Program-made: the position numbers and the translations under genes | Part shown: positions 11,786-22,800 of the stretch, one piece after another | Position numbering within the stretch: position 1 is the stretch's first letter | Layout of the letters: each line of letters starts with the position of its first letter | Origin: Octopus bimaculoides | Lineage: Eukaryota | NCBI RefSeq assembly: GCF_001194135.2 | Contig: NC_068982.1 | Coordinates: 146,797,494-146,861,493, forward strand | Length of the DNA stretch: 64,000 nucleotides | Direction of reading: 5' to 3' | The notes under the pieces: model-generated | Told to the model about the DNA's origin: nothing | What the model saw: the letters and a program-made list of their open reading frames with translations, nothing else | Databases searched by the model: none

Positions 11786-11840
11786 CTGGCTTACATCTTC
11801 CATTAGATGGGCTAATTATTTTATTTATGATATGGTTTCA

Positions 11841-12232
11841 TACTCTTTTACTCTTTTACTCTTTTACTTGTTTCAGTCATTTGACTGTGGCTATGCTGGA
11901 GCACCACCTTTTATCGATCAAATCGACCCCAGGACTTATTCTTTGTAAGCCTAGTACCTATTCTATCGGTCACTTTTTACCGAACCGCTAAGTTACGGAG
12001 ATGTAGACACACCAGCATCGGTTGTCAAGCGATGGTGGGGGGACAAACACACACACACACACACATATATACATATATACGACGGGCTTCTTCCAGTTTC
12101 CGTCTACCAAATCCACTCACAAGGCTTTGGTCGGCCCGAGCTATAGTAGAAGACACTTGCCCAAGGTACAACGCAGTGGGACTGAACCCGGAACCATGTG
12201 GTTGGTAAGCAAGCTACTTACCACATAGCCAC
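11841..12232 (-). mobile_element. Full-length SINE family B (tRNA-derived, internal microsatellite, (AGAGTAAA)n tail)
   Basis: Head gtggctatgtggtaagtagcttgcttaccaaccacatggttccgggttcagtccc with A/B-box-like motifs; CORE-like ccttgggcaagtgtctt; internal TA/TG tract; 3' half ending gactgaaacaagtaaaagagtaaaagagt. It resembles the described octopus tRNA-SINEs (OK/OR), but the exact family name is not assigned. Confidence 0.93.
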
Positions 12233-12249
12233 TTCAGGTATATAATTTT

Positions 12250-12960
12250 GGATAAATGAGGTTTCTTTATTCAGTCTTACTTCTGTTGGGGTCCAGAAGG
12301 CAAGTTAGAAAAAGGGAAAATTTCGAATTGTGGTTGTAATCGTTCTGCACATTCGTCAATATGTTGACTGAGATATATTTGGCGATATTGTGGGGAGGAA
12401 ATTTGTTGTCCGTGGACCGTACATCTCTTTCGGATCAAAATTTAATGTGTGTGAGCCAATTTAATTTCGATAGCAGCCCGAGCATCTGTTTATGTAAATG
12501 AGATTCTGGGCGGCACAAATGAAGCTAGATTTAATTTTGAATATTTGTCCTTGTTTGAAATGGAATTCCGATCCTTCCAACAGATTGGAACATGTTCCGA
12601 AATTAGGGCGACCACACTTCATGACTCTTGCGTGTGCTGTTCTAGGGAATAGTTTGGTATTGGAGAGAATTTTCTACAATGTCTTAGGCTGTTTGCTGCT
12701 CTTAATGATTTTATGGTTACGTAGAATCTCCTTACGTTTGGGGTCTCATGGAGTATTGGAAGATTTTGGACGATGATATTGAATGCTTCTTTGTTTCTGG
12801 GGTTGTACGTGGAGATATAAGGTAGTGCTTTGAGGGTAGATGTGTTGTTGCGTTTGGGTTTTCTTAATATTTTTTTCGATGGCCAGATAACTGAAGAGAT
12901 GGCGGTGTGGGTTTCCTCCCCAACATCCGAAATTCGAAGTTTTATCATGGCTACCGAATA
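12250..12960 (-). mobile_element. Penelope-like element fragment: RT thumb and GIY-YIG endonuclease
   Basis: LPYISTYNPRNKEAFNIIVQNLPIL; KCGRPNFGTCSNL...NLIYINRCSGCYRN*IG (GIY-YIG with Cys motif); RCTVHGQQI...LSQHIDECA...FEIFPF. Stops and frameshifts are present. Confidence 0.88.
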
Positions 12961-13832
12961 ATTGTCACATATTATTTACAAATAAATTCCTCTATTTTGT
13001 TGTCTTAACTTTTCTATCAATGTATATATATATATATATNNNNNNNNNNNNNNNNNNNNNNNNNNNNNNNNNNNNNNNNNNNNNNNNNNNNNNNNNNNNN
13101 NNNNNNNNNNNNNNNNNNNNNNNNNNNNNNNNNNNNNNNNNNNNNNNNNNNNNNNNNNNNNNNNNNNNNNNNNNNNNNNNNNNNNNNNNNNNNNNNNNNN
13201 NNNNNNNNNNNNNNNNNNNNNNNNNNNNNNNNNNNNNNNNNNNNNNNNNNNNNNNNNNNNNNNNNNNNNNNNNNNNNNNNNNNNNNNNNNNNNNNNNNNN
13301 NNNNNNNNNNNNNNNNNNNNNNNNNNNNNNNNNNNNNNNNNNNNNNNNNNNNNNNNNNNNNNNNNNNNNNNNNNNNNNNNNNNNNNNNNNNNNNNNNNNN
13401 NNNNNNNNNNNNNNNNNNNNNNNNNNNNNNNNNNNNNNNNNNNNNNNNNNNNNNNNNNNNNNNNNNNNNNNNNNNNNNNNNNNAAACAGAGATGTGTGTG
13501 TAATCGCTTTTCACGTGAAATCGACTTCACCAAATGCTTCCATACTTGTGATGCATGAATAATTTGACCTCGGATAAATGTTAGGCTCTTCATTTGATTT
13601 TTTTAATTAAAAATAAATAATATTGCTTTATATTTAAGATTCACTTCTTTAAAAAGGTTCCTCAATGTCAACTTCCGGTATTGACGTAACAACGGCAAAA
13701 AGCTTCACTCTCTATTTTGTGTGTGAGTGTGTGGGTTCGTGTGTATGAGAGAGAGAGAGAGAGAGAGAATAAATACTACATACACACCGCTCTCTCACTC
13801 TGTCTCACACACATACACACGCACACACACAC

Positions 13833-14130
13833 CCCTTGACTCACTCACACTTTGTCTCTTACAAACACACACATGCATAAATGTATACAAACATATCTAC
13901 AAAGACACACGTGTGTATGCGCGTGCGTGCGTGTTTGTAAGAGACAGAGTGTGAGTGAGTCAAGGGCTGTGTTGTCATATGCATACATCCAAAGATGTAT
14001 GTATATTTATGCATGTACGTATACATGACAACAAACCTCTCTCTCTCACTCACACTCTGTCTCTTACAAACACACACATACATAAATGTATACAAACATA
14101 TTTACAAAGACACACGTGTGTATGCGCGCG
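13833..14130. repeat. Direct duplication (about 85 bp) with an intervening 36-bp inverted arm
   Basis: 13840-13924 recurs at about 14046-14130 with 3 substitutions. 13931-13966 is the reverse complement of 13833-13868 with 1 mismatch. Confidence 0.9.
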
Positions 14131-14353
14131 CGCGTACGTGGGGGGGTCCACAATCGCCATTTATTTCAATTACTCTTGTGAGGATATTCACGNNNNNNNN
14201 NNNNNNNNNNNNNNNNNNNNNNNNNNNNNNNNNNNNNNNNNNNNNNNNNNNNNNNNNNNNNNNNNNNNNNNNNNNNNNNNNNNNNNNNNNNNNNNNNNNN
14301 NNNNNNNNNNNNNNNNNNNNNNNNNNNNNNNNNNNNNNNNNNNNNNNATATAT

Positions 14354-14390
<37 letters not shown>

Positions 14391-14776
14391 CAGACCTATT
14401 ATCACAGAGACACACGCATGCATGTGCATGCATATGATTGTTCGTATAAAGCAAGTTCACGAAACAACAAAAAATTAACATAAATGACTGGTTGAGTGAA
14501 AGGCACTGTTAGCTTTGTAGAATATTATTTACAGTGCAAAGGAGGAGCTAATGCAAACACACACTCTACCGATCTCGTCTTCTATCTCTGTCTCCTATTC
14601 CCTCTTTCGCCCTCTGGTTGTGTGTGCGCGCGCGTTTGTGTGTGTGTGCGTGTGCGTGTGCGCATGTGTGTGTTTGCATTTGTGTGTGCATGTGTGTGTG
14701 TGTGCGTGTGTGTGTGTGTATGTATGTATGTATTCATGTATGTATGTATTTATGTATGTATGTAATTGTGTGTTTG

Positions 14777-14977
14777 TGTTTGTCTCCCCACCATTACTTG
14801 ATAACCGATGTTGGTGTGTTTACGGCTTCGTAACTTAGCGGTTCGGCAAAACTGGCCGATCGAATAAGTACTAGGGTAACAAAGAATAAGTCCTGGGGTC
14901 GATTTGTTCGACTAAAAGGCGGTGCTCCAGCATGGCCGCAGTCAAATGACTGAAACAAGTAAAAGAATAAAAGAATA
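14777..14977 (+). mobile_element. SINE family B, 3' half
   Basis: tttgtctccccacc...aaccgatgttggtgtgtttac...ggtgctccagcatggccgcagtcaaatgactgaaacaagtaaaagaataaaagaata, preceded by a long TG/TATG tract. Confidence 0.92.
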
Positions 14978-15262
14978 TATACATATATAATAGAACTCAC
15001 AAACCATATACACGTATGCAAATATATACATACTGAGAGAGAGAAAGAAAGAGAGAGAGGGATATAGATAGATAGAGATAGAGAGAGCGAAATAGAGAGA
15101 AGGAGGGAGAGATAAATTTATACTTTTCCTCAGTGGCTCCGCCCTTACCCTGTATAAACAATCCTACAAATCTAGCGTTTATGTTAATTACTTTAGTTTC
15201 GCCAGGCTACTGCTTCATACCAACATAATCACGTGCGTTAGTGTGAGTGTATGTTGATCTTA

Positions 15263-15312
<50 letters not shown>

Positions 15313-17598
15313 NNNNNNNNNNNNNNNNNNNNNNNNNNNNNNNNNNNNNNNNNNNNNNNNNNNNNNNNNNATACATGCATTCACACATAGATATAAAAAT
15401 AGGTTGCTCCGTTGTAATGAGAATGGTGAATGTTTTTACATTCGACATTATCTTTAATAAATCTGTTTTGTTCCATTTCTAGTTCCTTGCGTTTAAATTA
15501 TCCCATCATATTGAGACATTCTACGTACATGCACACCCTTGAACACAGCACACACACGCACACACACACACACACACGCACACACACACACACATACACA
15601 CACTCAAAGGCACACGCATACACACATTTATGTACATCAGCATTATTAATATCACACACTGAACGTATGTGTGGTGTTTAAACGCCAGAAGCAGCGGGGT
15701 TTTTGTTCTGGAAGAATCTCTTTAAAAGCGTATAGTATTAAAAAAAAAAACACGGCATACTTTAGAGCTAGGCAATACGACAGCGGTGGAATCTAGTATT
15801 TCGCAGTCGTTGCTGTTTATCAATGCCACCCACTCGTCTCCCTTGGAAAGGAAACGAAATCGAAATTGCTAATCTGAAGTGTATATAAACAAGTAACAAT
15901 TATTTGCTGATTTGTAATTACGTCACATAAGTAGAATGAATCGACTAAATGTGTACGAAGGAGTACAATAATGTAAAAATAATGTGAGTTGTTTTAACTC
16001 TCGGGGCTACGGATTTTCGTCAGGAAAAATTCCTTTTAAGACATAGTTTTAAAGAAGAAAGTATACTTCAGAGCACTTTGTTATCCAAGGCATCGTAAAG
16101 TGCAGTCTTACTCGTGGTCTTATTGTTGCCAAATGTCTTAAACATTTGGAACATGATGCGAGCAGATCCACTCAGAACTAAACGCACAAACATGGGTTCA
16201 CACTCTTTTTTTCTTCCTTTCTTTTGTAGAAATAACGTCATACATAGTAATCGCTCCATTTTCACAGTTGATTACCATCACTATGACTTTCCTCGTTGTC
16301 AATGGCATTTTTGACCATTGAGATGACTATTCAGTCCCGCTGCAGATCTGCATGGTCGGGAGCATAAGTGACAGACGAAAATTGTAACTTCCACTGGATT
16401 GATCGGATCATTTTGTGAGATATAATCCTTGTGACTCGTCATATGTCACTTCAGACACGAAATCGATCTACTAGCCTTTTCACACACTATACACGTCGAA
16501 TCACCTGGTAAATACATACATACATGCATACATACATACATACATACATACATACATACATACATACATACATACATACATACATGCATACATACATACA
16601 TACATAGGCACATATGGGATACAGCACATTCGTTGAAAAAATATTATTCGACACCTAATACGTGGAAGAACAGATTCATAGAAATAGATAAAATAAATCA
16701 AATCTTAATGACGATCAATTTTAAAACAATATTTGGAATTTTCAATTAAAAAAATTTTTAAGGGAAATTATTTTCTAATTTATTTTCAGTTTAAATATCA
16801 TTTTCTTAGAAAATAAATGTAAGCAGAAATACATCAAATCACAACTTCGACAATTCATTTTTTAAAAATATTCATTTATTTTAAAATTAGAATAATAAGA
16901 AAGCTTTTTGTTTTAAATGAAATCTATTTTCATGTGTTTGTTTTTCTTTTTTTTTTTTTCTGCATTGATTCATTTAATTCTTATTTACATATATAACAGA
17001 GTTCCCAACTTTAGAACTTTAAAACATTATAACAGTTGATTCAAATAAACTTCTATATAATCATTTAAAGTTTTAAAATATTATTTCATATGTGTCTCTT
17101 AAATATAGTAGCATTTCGATGAACATTCCACCTTTTATACGACTAATGCTTTTTTGATCACTTTGCCAGCAAATTAGATTTTTCAACGAATTTCGTTTCC
17201 TGAAAAATGTTTCTATAAATATGTCTTTCGGCCAATGTGCTTTCGACGACTATGTTAATGTGTTGTCTACCGACGTGTCCAAGGTCATATCTTTTTGTGT
17301 TTACATACATCCATAGTTATAGATAAGAAATCATTGAAGTACATAATGATTAATCACTACAAGACAGTTCCTATATANNNNNNNNNNNNNNNNNNNNNNN
17401 NNNNNNNNNNNNNNNNNNNNNNNNNNNNNNNNNNNNNNNNNNNNNNNNNNNNNNNNNNNNNNNNNNNNNNNNNNNNNNNNNNNNNNNNNNNNNNNNNNNN
17501 NNNNNNNNNNNNNNNNNNTATATATATTGGTGAAGAAACTGTTAGTGCCTAAGTCTTCAATCAAATATCTAAAACCATTAGAAACTACAATACACTAA

Positions 17599-17647
<49 letters not shown>

Positions 17648-18987
17648 AGTCGCGCAAGCATAAATGTGTGCATGCTTCTCTAAGTGTGTATTTACACTGA
17701 TACATACATATACACGAGCACATAAATACACGAAGTGAGGGCCGATTACACACAAGTATACCCCCCACACACTCACCAGCGACGACACATACCTCCACAT
17801 GAACAAACAACGACTGAAAACACGCCGAGAAAACACAGAAACAATTGCTTTTCTCTCTCACACACACACATACACACAGTGTGTGTGTGTACTATCTGGT
17901 CTTGTTCACCCCAATCCCTCCTGTAACTTCCGATATAATTAAGCTACTCAATGACAAATATCAACGAATCATTTCTATTTTTGCAGACGGCTTCTATGGC
18001 TTATCTTAAAAACGGCCATAATTAGTTGGCCGTTTCAAGATAAAAAAAAGTACGGAACCATCTTCATTATTTCCACATTATTTCAACTCTCAGAGTTCGC
18101 TGTAACCTTCACTGGTTTCTCTGATCATACGTTTTTATCAGCTTTATCTCTTCTTCTTTTCCTCCGTTCATCGTTCTTCTCCTTCTCCTGTTCATCACAA
18201 TCCTCATAATCATCATTACCACCACTACCACCACTACCACTACTACCACCATTACCGTCGTTGTGGTTGTCGTCATCATCATCATCAGTAGCAACATCAC
18301 CACCACCACCACCACCCACCATCAATTATTTTTGTTTTGTGTTTTCGTTTATTTGTCTTCATTTATCCCAACCAACGCCTGTAGATTCGCAGAATCAACA
18401 GAACAGTTATCTGGTCGTATTTCGTTACATCCCTTTAAGTTCTTCATTTCAAATCCTGCTGTAGACGATTTGCCTTTTTTAAAAATCTTTCTGGGGCATC
18501 ATAAATACAGCCGCCGTCAATTACTGTAAACCTCTCTACCAACCTCATCACTCTGTGATTTTCTGACAAAGTTACAAATCCTTATGTCTTCACTCTTCTA
18601 CTGGTTTCATTCACTGGATAATGGCTATTCTGGGACACAGTATTTTCTATCGATCATTTTACCCGCTGCACTTATTTAATCCATCTTTATTTATCGAATG
18701 ATTAAATGCCAAAGGATAACAAGTCAGTAATATAACGCGTTATTTTATCCTGGTATACACTAACACAGACGTGCATATCAAATCACACACATAAGTATCC
18801 TGATACATATATACAAATTTGGGCAGTGGCAGAATGTGAAAAGGAGAGGACAAAATACTTTGTGGTATTTAGTTACCTCCCTTAATTATGGTACTGGGTT
18901 CACATCATGCACCACTGACGTTGTGTTCATATTTCTGGGATTGAAAAAATAAGTACTTTAGTACTGAGCTCAATATATACGACTATT

Positions 18988-19205
18988 AAGGTGGCGAGCT
19001 GGCAGAATCGTTAGCACGCCGGGCGAAATGCTTAGCGGTATTTCGTCCTGCTGTTACGTTCTGAGTTCAATTTCTGCCGAGGTCGACTTTGCCTTTCATC
19101 CTTTTGGGGTCGATAAAATAAGTCCCAGCTGAGCACCGGGGTCAATGTAATCTACTTACCCCATGCCCCGTACTTGCTTGCCTTGTGCCAACATTTGAAA
19201 CTCAT
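18988..19205 (+). mobile_element. Full-length SINE family A (tail variant ...ttgtgccaacatttgaaac)
   Basis: ggtggcgagctggcagaatcgttagcacgccgggcgaaatgcttagcggtatttcg...gttctgagttcaa...gtcgactttgcctttcatcc...ggggtcgat. Confidence 0.93.
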
Positions 19206-19257
19206 ATAAACAACTGTCGTATTTGTTTCTCGAGCATCAGTTCTTATTCCTCAACAG

Positions 19258-19300
19258 TTAAATAGATGTAACATTGTTACACTGATGGCAAAAACTACTG
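19258..19300 (+). other. Candidate exon (43 nt)
   Basis: Acceptor ttcttattcctcaacag| and donor |gtaaga. One open frame: LNRCNIVTLMAKTT(G). No homology recognised. Confidence 0.3.
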
Positions 19301-20044
19301 GTAAGAATTAGTATCTAATGATTTTATAGCTAATGATTCTAACTATGATCACTATTTTACTTAACAGTTTTCTTTTTCCTGCACAATATCTAATGTGTAT
19401 GTTTTATTCCAATATGCACATGTATATTCTCAGTATTGTTGTTAAAATATTGTCATAAATAATTAAGAAAATATCTAATTAATGATGCTAGCAAATATAA
19501 TTGGTCTGTGATACTCTATTAACTCTAATGATAAGACTATTACAGAAATATTTGCATACTGTATTTCACATATTAATCGGATCTAATGGAGTGAAAGAAA
19601 TTAAACTCCTCCAAGTAACTTCCTTGATTTATTTAACCATATTTTGACTGCTAGGTTTATCGCGGCAAGCCGTTTCAAAATCAGATTACGGGAATCAGAT
19701 CATGCATTTAGCTTCTTCCTCACTCAGAAGAAGACAACAAAGACGTTGGTGACGATCACACAGAGGCTCTTTCTTTGGTTCAAATGGGTTTCTTCATTGA
19801 CACATAACCTGCAAAATGGATTCCACTCATTAGAGGAAAATACATAAACATTAACAATTTTGTAGCCAATAAATACGTACAGAGTCTGGCCTTAGATTTA
19901 CGAAAAATATTATTAAAACAATGTCTCTAAGTTAGGTATAGTGGTTGGAACCACTATGCTGCAGTTAGAGTAGACTCCAGTCAAGTTAACACTCAAATAG
20001 GGATGTGGTTGATTAGCAAAGAATCATTCACAAACACTCTACGT

Positions 20045-20301
20045 CAGTAGTTCTCAACCGGACTCCATATGGCCCTCGGTGGATGGGGGTCAATATAAGA
20101 TATTGTTGTTAAAAAATTCATTAAACTGGTTATAATCCTACAATGCACAAAATATTTTAACAATTTTTAAATACAACTTCTACTAATATTTAATTATAAA
20201 AATGTAAAAAATTTTATTAAGCATTGAATACTCAGGAGGGAACAGTCGAGTAAAATACGAATCAAAGGGGTCCATAGATAAAAAATGGTTGAGAACCCCT
20301 A
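20045..20301. mobile_element. hAT (Charlie-like) MITE
   Basis: TIRs CAGTAGTTCTCAACC / GGTTGAGAACCCCTA; 8-bp flanks CTCTACGT and CTCTATAT (6/8), consistent with a hAT TSD. Confidence 0.85.
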
Positions 20302-20439
20302 CTCTATATCTACCAACGTGCGGATTCACAGGGTTCAACTCACAGAATTTTATATCAAATTAGATTTTGTGCTCTCTCATGTTCAGGCACGCACAATTCA
20401 CTCATTCTTTATGATATTAATGTACTCGTTGAGACTTAC

Positions 20440-20566
20440 CATCCCCAGATATTCTAAACACTCCTTTTATGGAAGCGACCAACCCTAGAAATCTCCCGTT
20501 TCTCTGCACCTTCTTTCTGAAGGCATCAATATGCAGACATTTAATTTGAAACCGAACTATACGAAT
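20440..20566 (-). other. Candidate internal exon (127 nt)
   Basis: Long poly-T tract then AG acceptor; G|GTAAGT donor. One open frame: IRIVRFQIKCLHIDAFRKKVQRNGRFLGLVASIKGVFRISGD. A second GTAAGT donor 64 nt upstream (20625-20630) would define a short intron. Confidence 0.4.
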
Positions 20567-21475
20567 CTAAAAAAAAAAAAAAAAAAAAAATCTAGAAAAG
20601 CAAATGCCATGTGCACTGATGCTGACTTACTTCTCCGACCAAATTAAAATAGAAACAGAAGTACTTTATTGACAAGGGAGAAAGATGAAACATGAAGACC
20701 ATCCGGAAGGATGAAACATATTTTTGATTGCAAAAGTGACCAGAAGAGCTTTATATGGTTTTTTAACGTTGACACAAGGTCAAATATTCTGGAGGAGAAA
20801 CTAGAATATTGCTGGTACTTGTTTTAAGGAAGATGAAAGGCAAGATCACAATTGCAATTTCCACAGAAAATGTAGTTATTACAAAGTATTTAATACGTCG
20901 TTCTGCTATTTGTTACCTTTGAAAATTAGGAACTTTAAGGGACTTAACCAACTGAAGGGCTCATTACAAAAAGTCATGACGAGTGTTGATAATATGATGT
21001 GTGTGTGTGTGTGTCTGTGTGTATGTGAGTGTGTGTATGCGTGTGTATGCATGTGTGTGTGTGTGTGTCAAAATACGCACCACGCATAGGTACATGTATT
21101 ATACACGGACACACACACACACATACACACACATTCACATGCACGTATAAGCGTATATATGTAGAGATAGACGAGAAAAATATGAAACGAACAGGAATGC
21201 AAATATGGAACGAAACTGATAAAAGATGATATCAATGACAACTTAAAGGCAGCTGCGATAACATATAATGTTTAGTTATTTTCTGTGTACACTGGATTGA
21301 TTGATGCCATTCTTTTCGGTGGTCGGTAGCCTCAAGAGTCAACAAACTGCTACTTTAACATATATATTGACATACGTGCACAGTAATGAATATACACAAA
21401 TGAACACAGAATGTATACATACGTACATACATGCAAACATACATACGTACCTACGTACATACACACACATATATG

Positions 21476-21509
<34 letters not shown>

Positions 21510-21652
21510 TGTATGTATGTATCTATCTATCTATCTATCTATCTTAACTAGCCGATGAATTCGTAAGTGCCTTTTCTTCTCGTTGGTTTTTGGTGTCGCA
21601 TGGCCAGAAATTACCGTGAATTTTTTAGAGACACTTTCAAATTTATCAGAAT

Positions 21653-21716
21653 ATTGGGCTGAAGATGCGGAATAGAGTAATTTCATTCTCTTAACCGCGA
21701 AACGTTCGTATCCAAT
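21653..21716 (+). ncRNA. Type I hammerhead ribozyme, intact catalytic core
   Basis: Stem I ATTGGG/TCCAAT; CTGAAGA (21659-65) plus an extra U; stem II GCGG/CCGC extended by AGAG/CTCT; GAAA (21699-702); stem III AC-GTTC-GT; triplet GUA, predicted cut between 21710 and 21711. Confidence 0.85.
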
Positions 21717-21927
21717 TAACTAAAGGCAGGTTTTTTTTTTGCTTTTCCCTCTGGTTTTTTGTTCTATGTGTGCCATAGATATCGCCATCCGTTTAGAGAA
21801 AAATTTGTAGTCTAGAATCAGTAGTTCTTTGACTGCTATTTCTAAATTTTCAGTATGTTGGAGAAGCAACTCAATGCTAATTAAAAAATAGAAGAGACAT
21901 ACATACATACATACATACATACATACA

Positions 21928-21959
<32 letters not shown>

Positions 21960-21960
<1 letters not shown>

Positions 21961-22200
21961 GGAGCAGTGGTGAAGGTGTTGGACTCATGATCCTAAGATT
22001 GTGGCTTCGATTCCTGGTTCAGGAGACGAATTGTGCCCTTGAGCAAAACACTTCATTTCACGTTGCTCCATTGTACTCAGCTGCCAAAAGTGAGTAATCC
22101 TGCGACAGACTGGCGTTCCTTCCAGGTGGGGAACTTATAGGTCACGGAAACCGGCAAACCGGCTCTGTGAGGCCTATATAATTCGGGAAGGATCTTTATC
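21960..22200 (+). mobile_element. CORE-type tRNA-derived SINE
   Basis: A-box-like ggagcagtggtgaagg, B-box-like cttcgattcc, CORE-like tgtgcccttgagcaaaacacttcatttcacgttgctcc...cagctg. A related copy lies at 53279. Confidence 0.8.
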
Positions 22201-22291
22201 ATCATCCTTTTTTATACACACACACATACATATATATATTACATATACATGTATATACATATACATACATGCATACACACACACACACACA

Positions 22292-22398
<107 letters not shown>

Positions 22399-22711
22399 TT
22401 TTTTTTGTTTGTGTGTGTGTTTTCTGCATGAATCAAATCTCTTACTGTCAAAACCAATAAACAAATTAGGAAGATGATTCTTTTAATCTCTAGACTTCAG
22501 AAAAAAAGATAAGTCGAAACAACAGCGACCAGCGACTGCAACATCAATAACAGCAACATTAACATCAACAACTTTAACAAATGCAAACGCCATAAAAGAA
22601 ATTATTTATTTAAACAGACATCGAATCACCAATTAAACCTCATTACTTGATCTCACAATCTCTTTGGATTTTTATATTCCATTTCTTTCTCTTGCCCACT
22701 TTCAGTTCTTA

Positions 22712-22800
22712 TACATTTGTGTAACGGTAGCACACTTGGTCGCGTAAACAAAGAAGTGTGGGTTCGAGTCCCACGCGTGCGGAAAAACCTACTTTTTCTG
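22712..22800 (+). pseudogene. tRNA-like sequence (pseudo-tRNA or SINE head) followed by a T5 run
   Basis: D-arm GTGT-AACGGTA-GCAC; perfect T-arm GTGGG-TTCGAGT-CCCAC (22758-22774). Acceptor and anticodon stems are poorly paired. TTTTT at 22793-22797. Confidence 0.65.
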
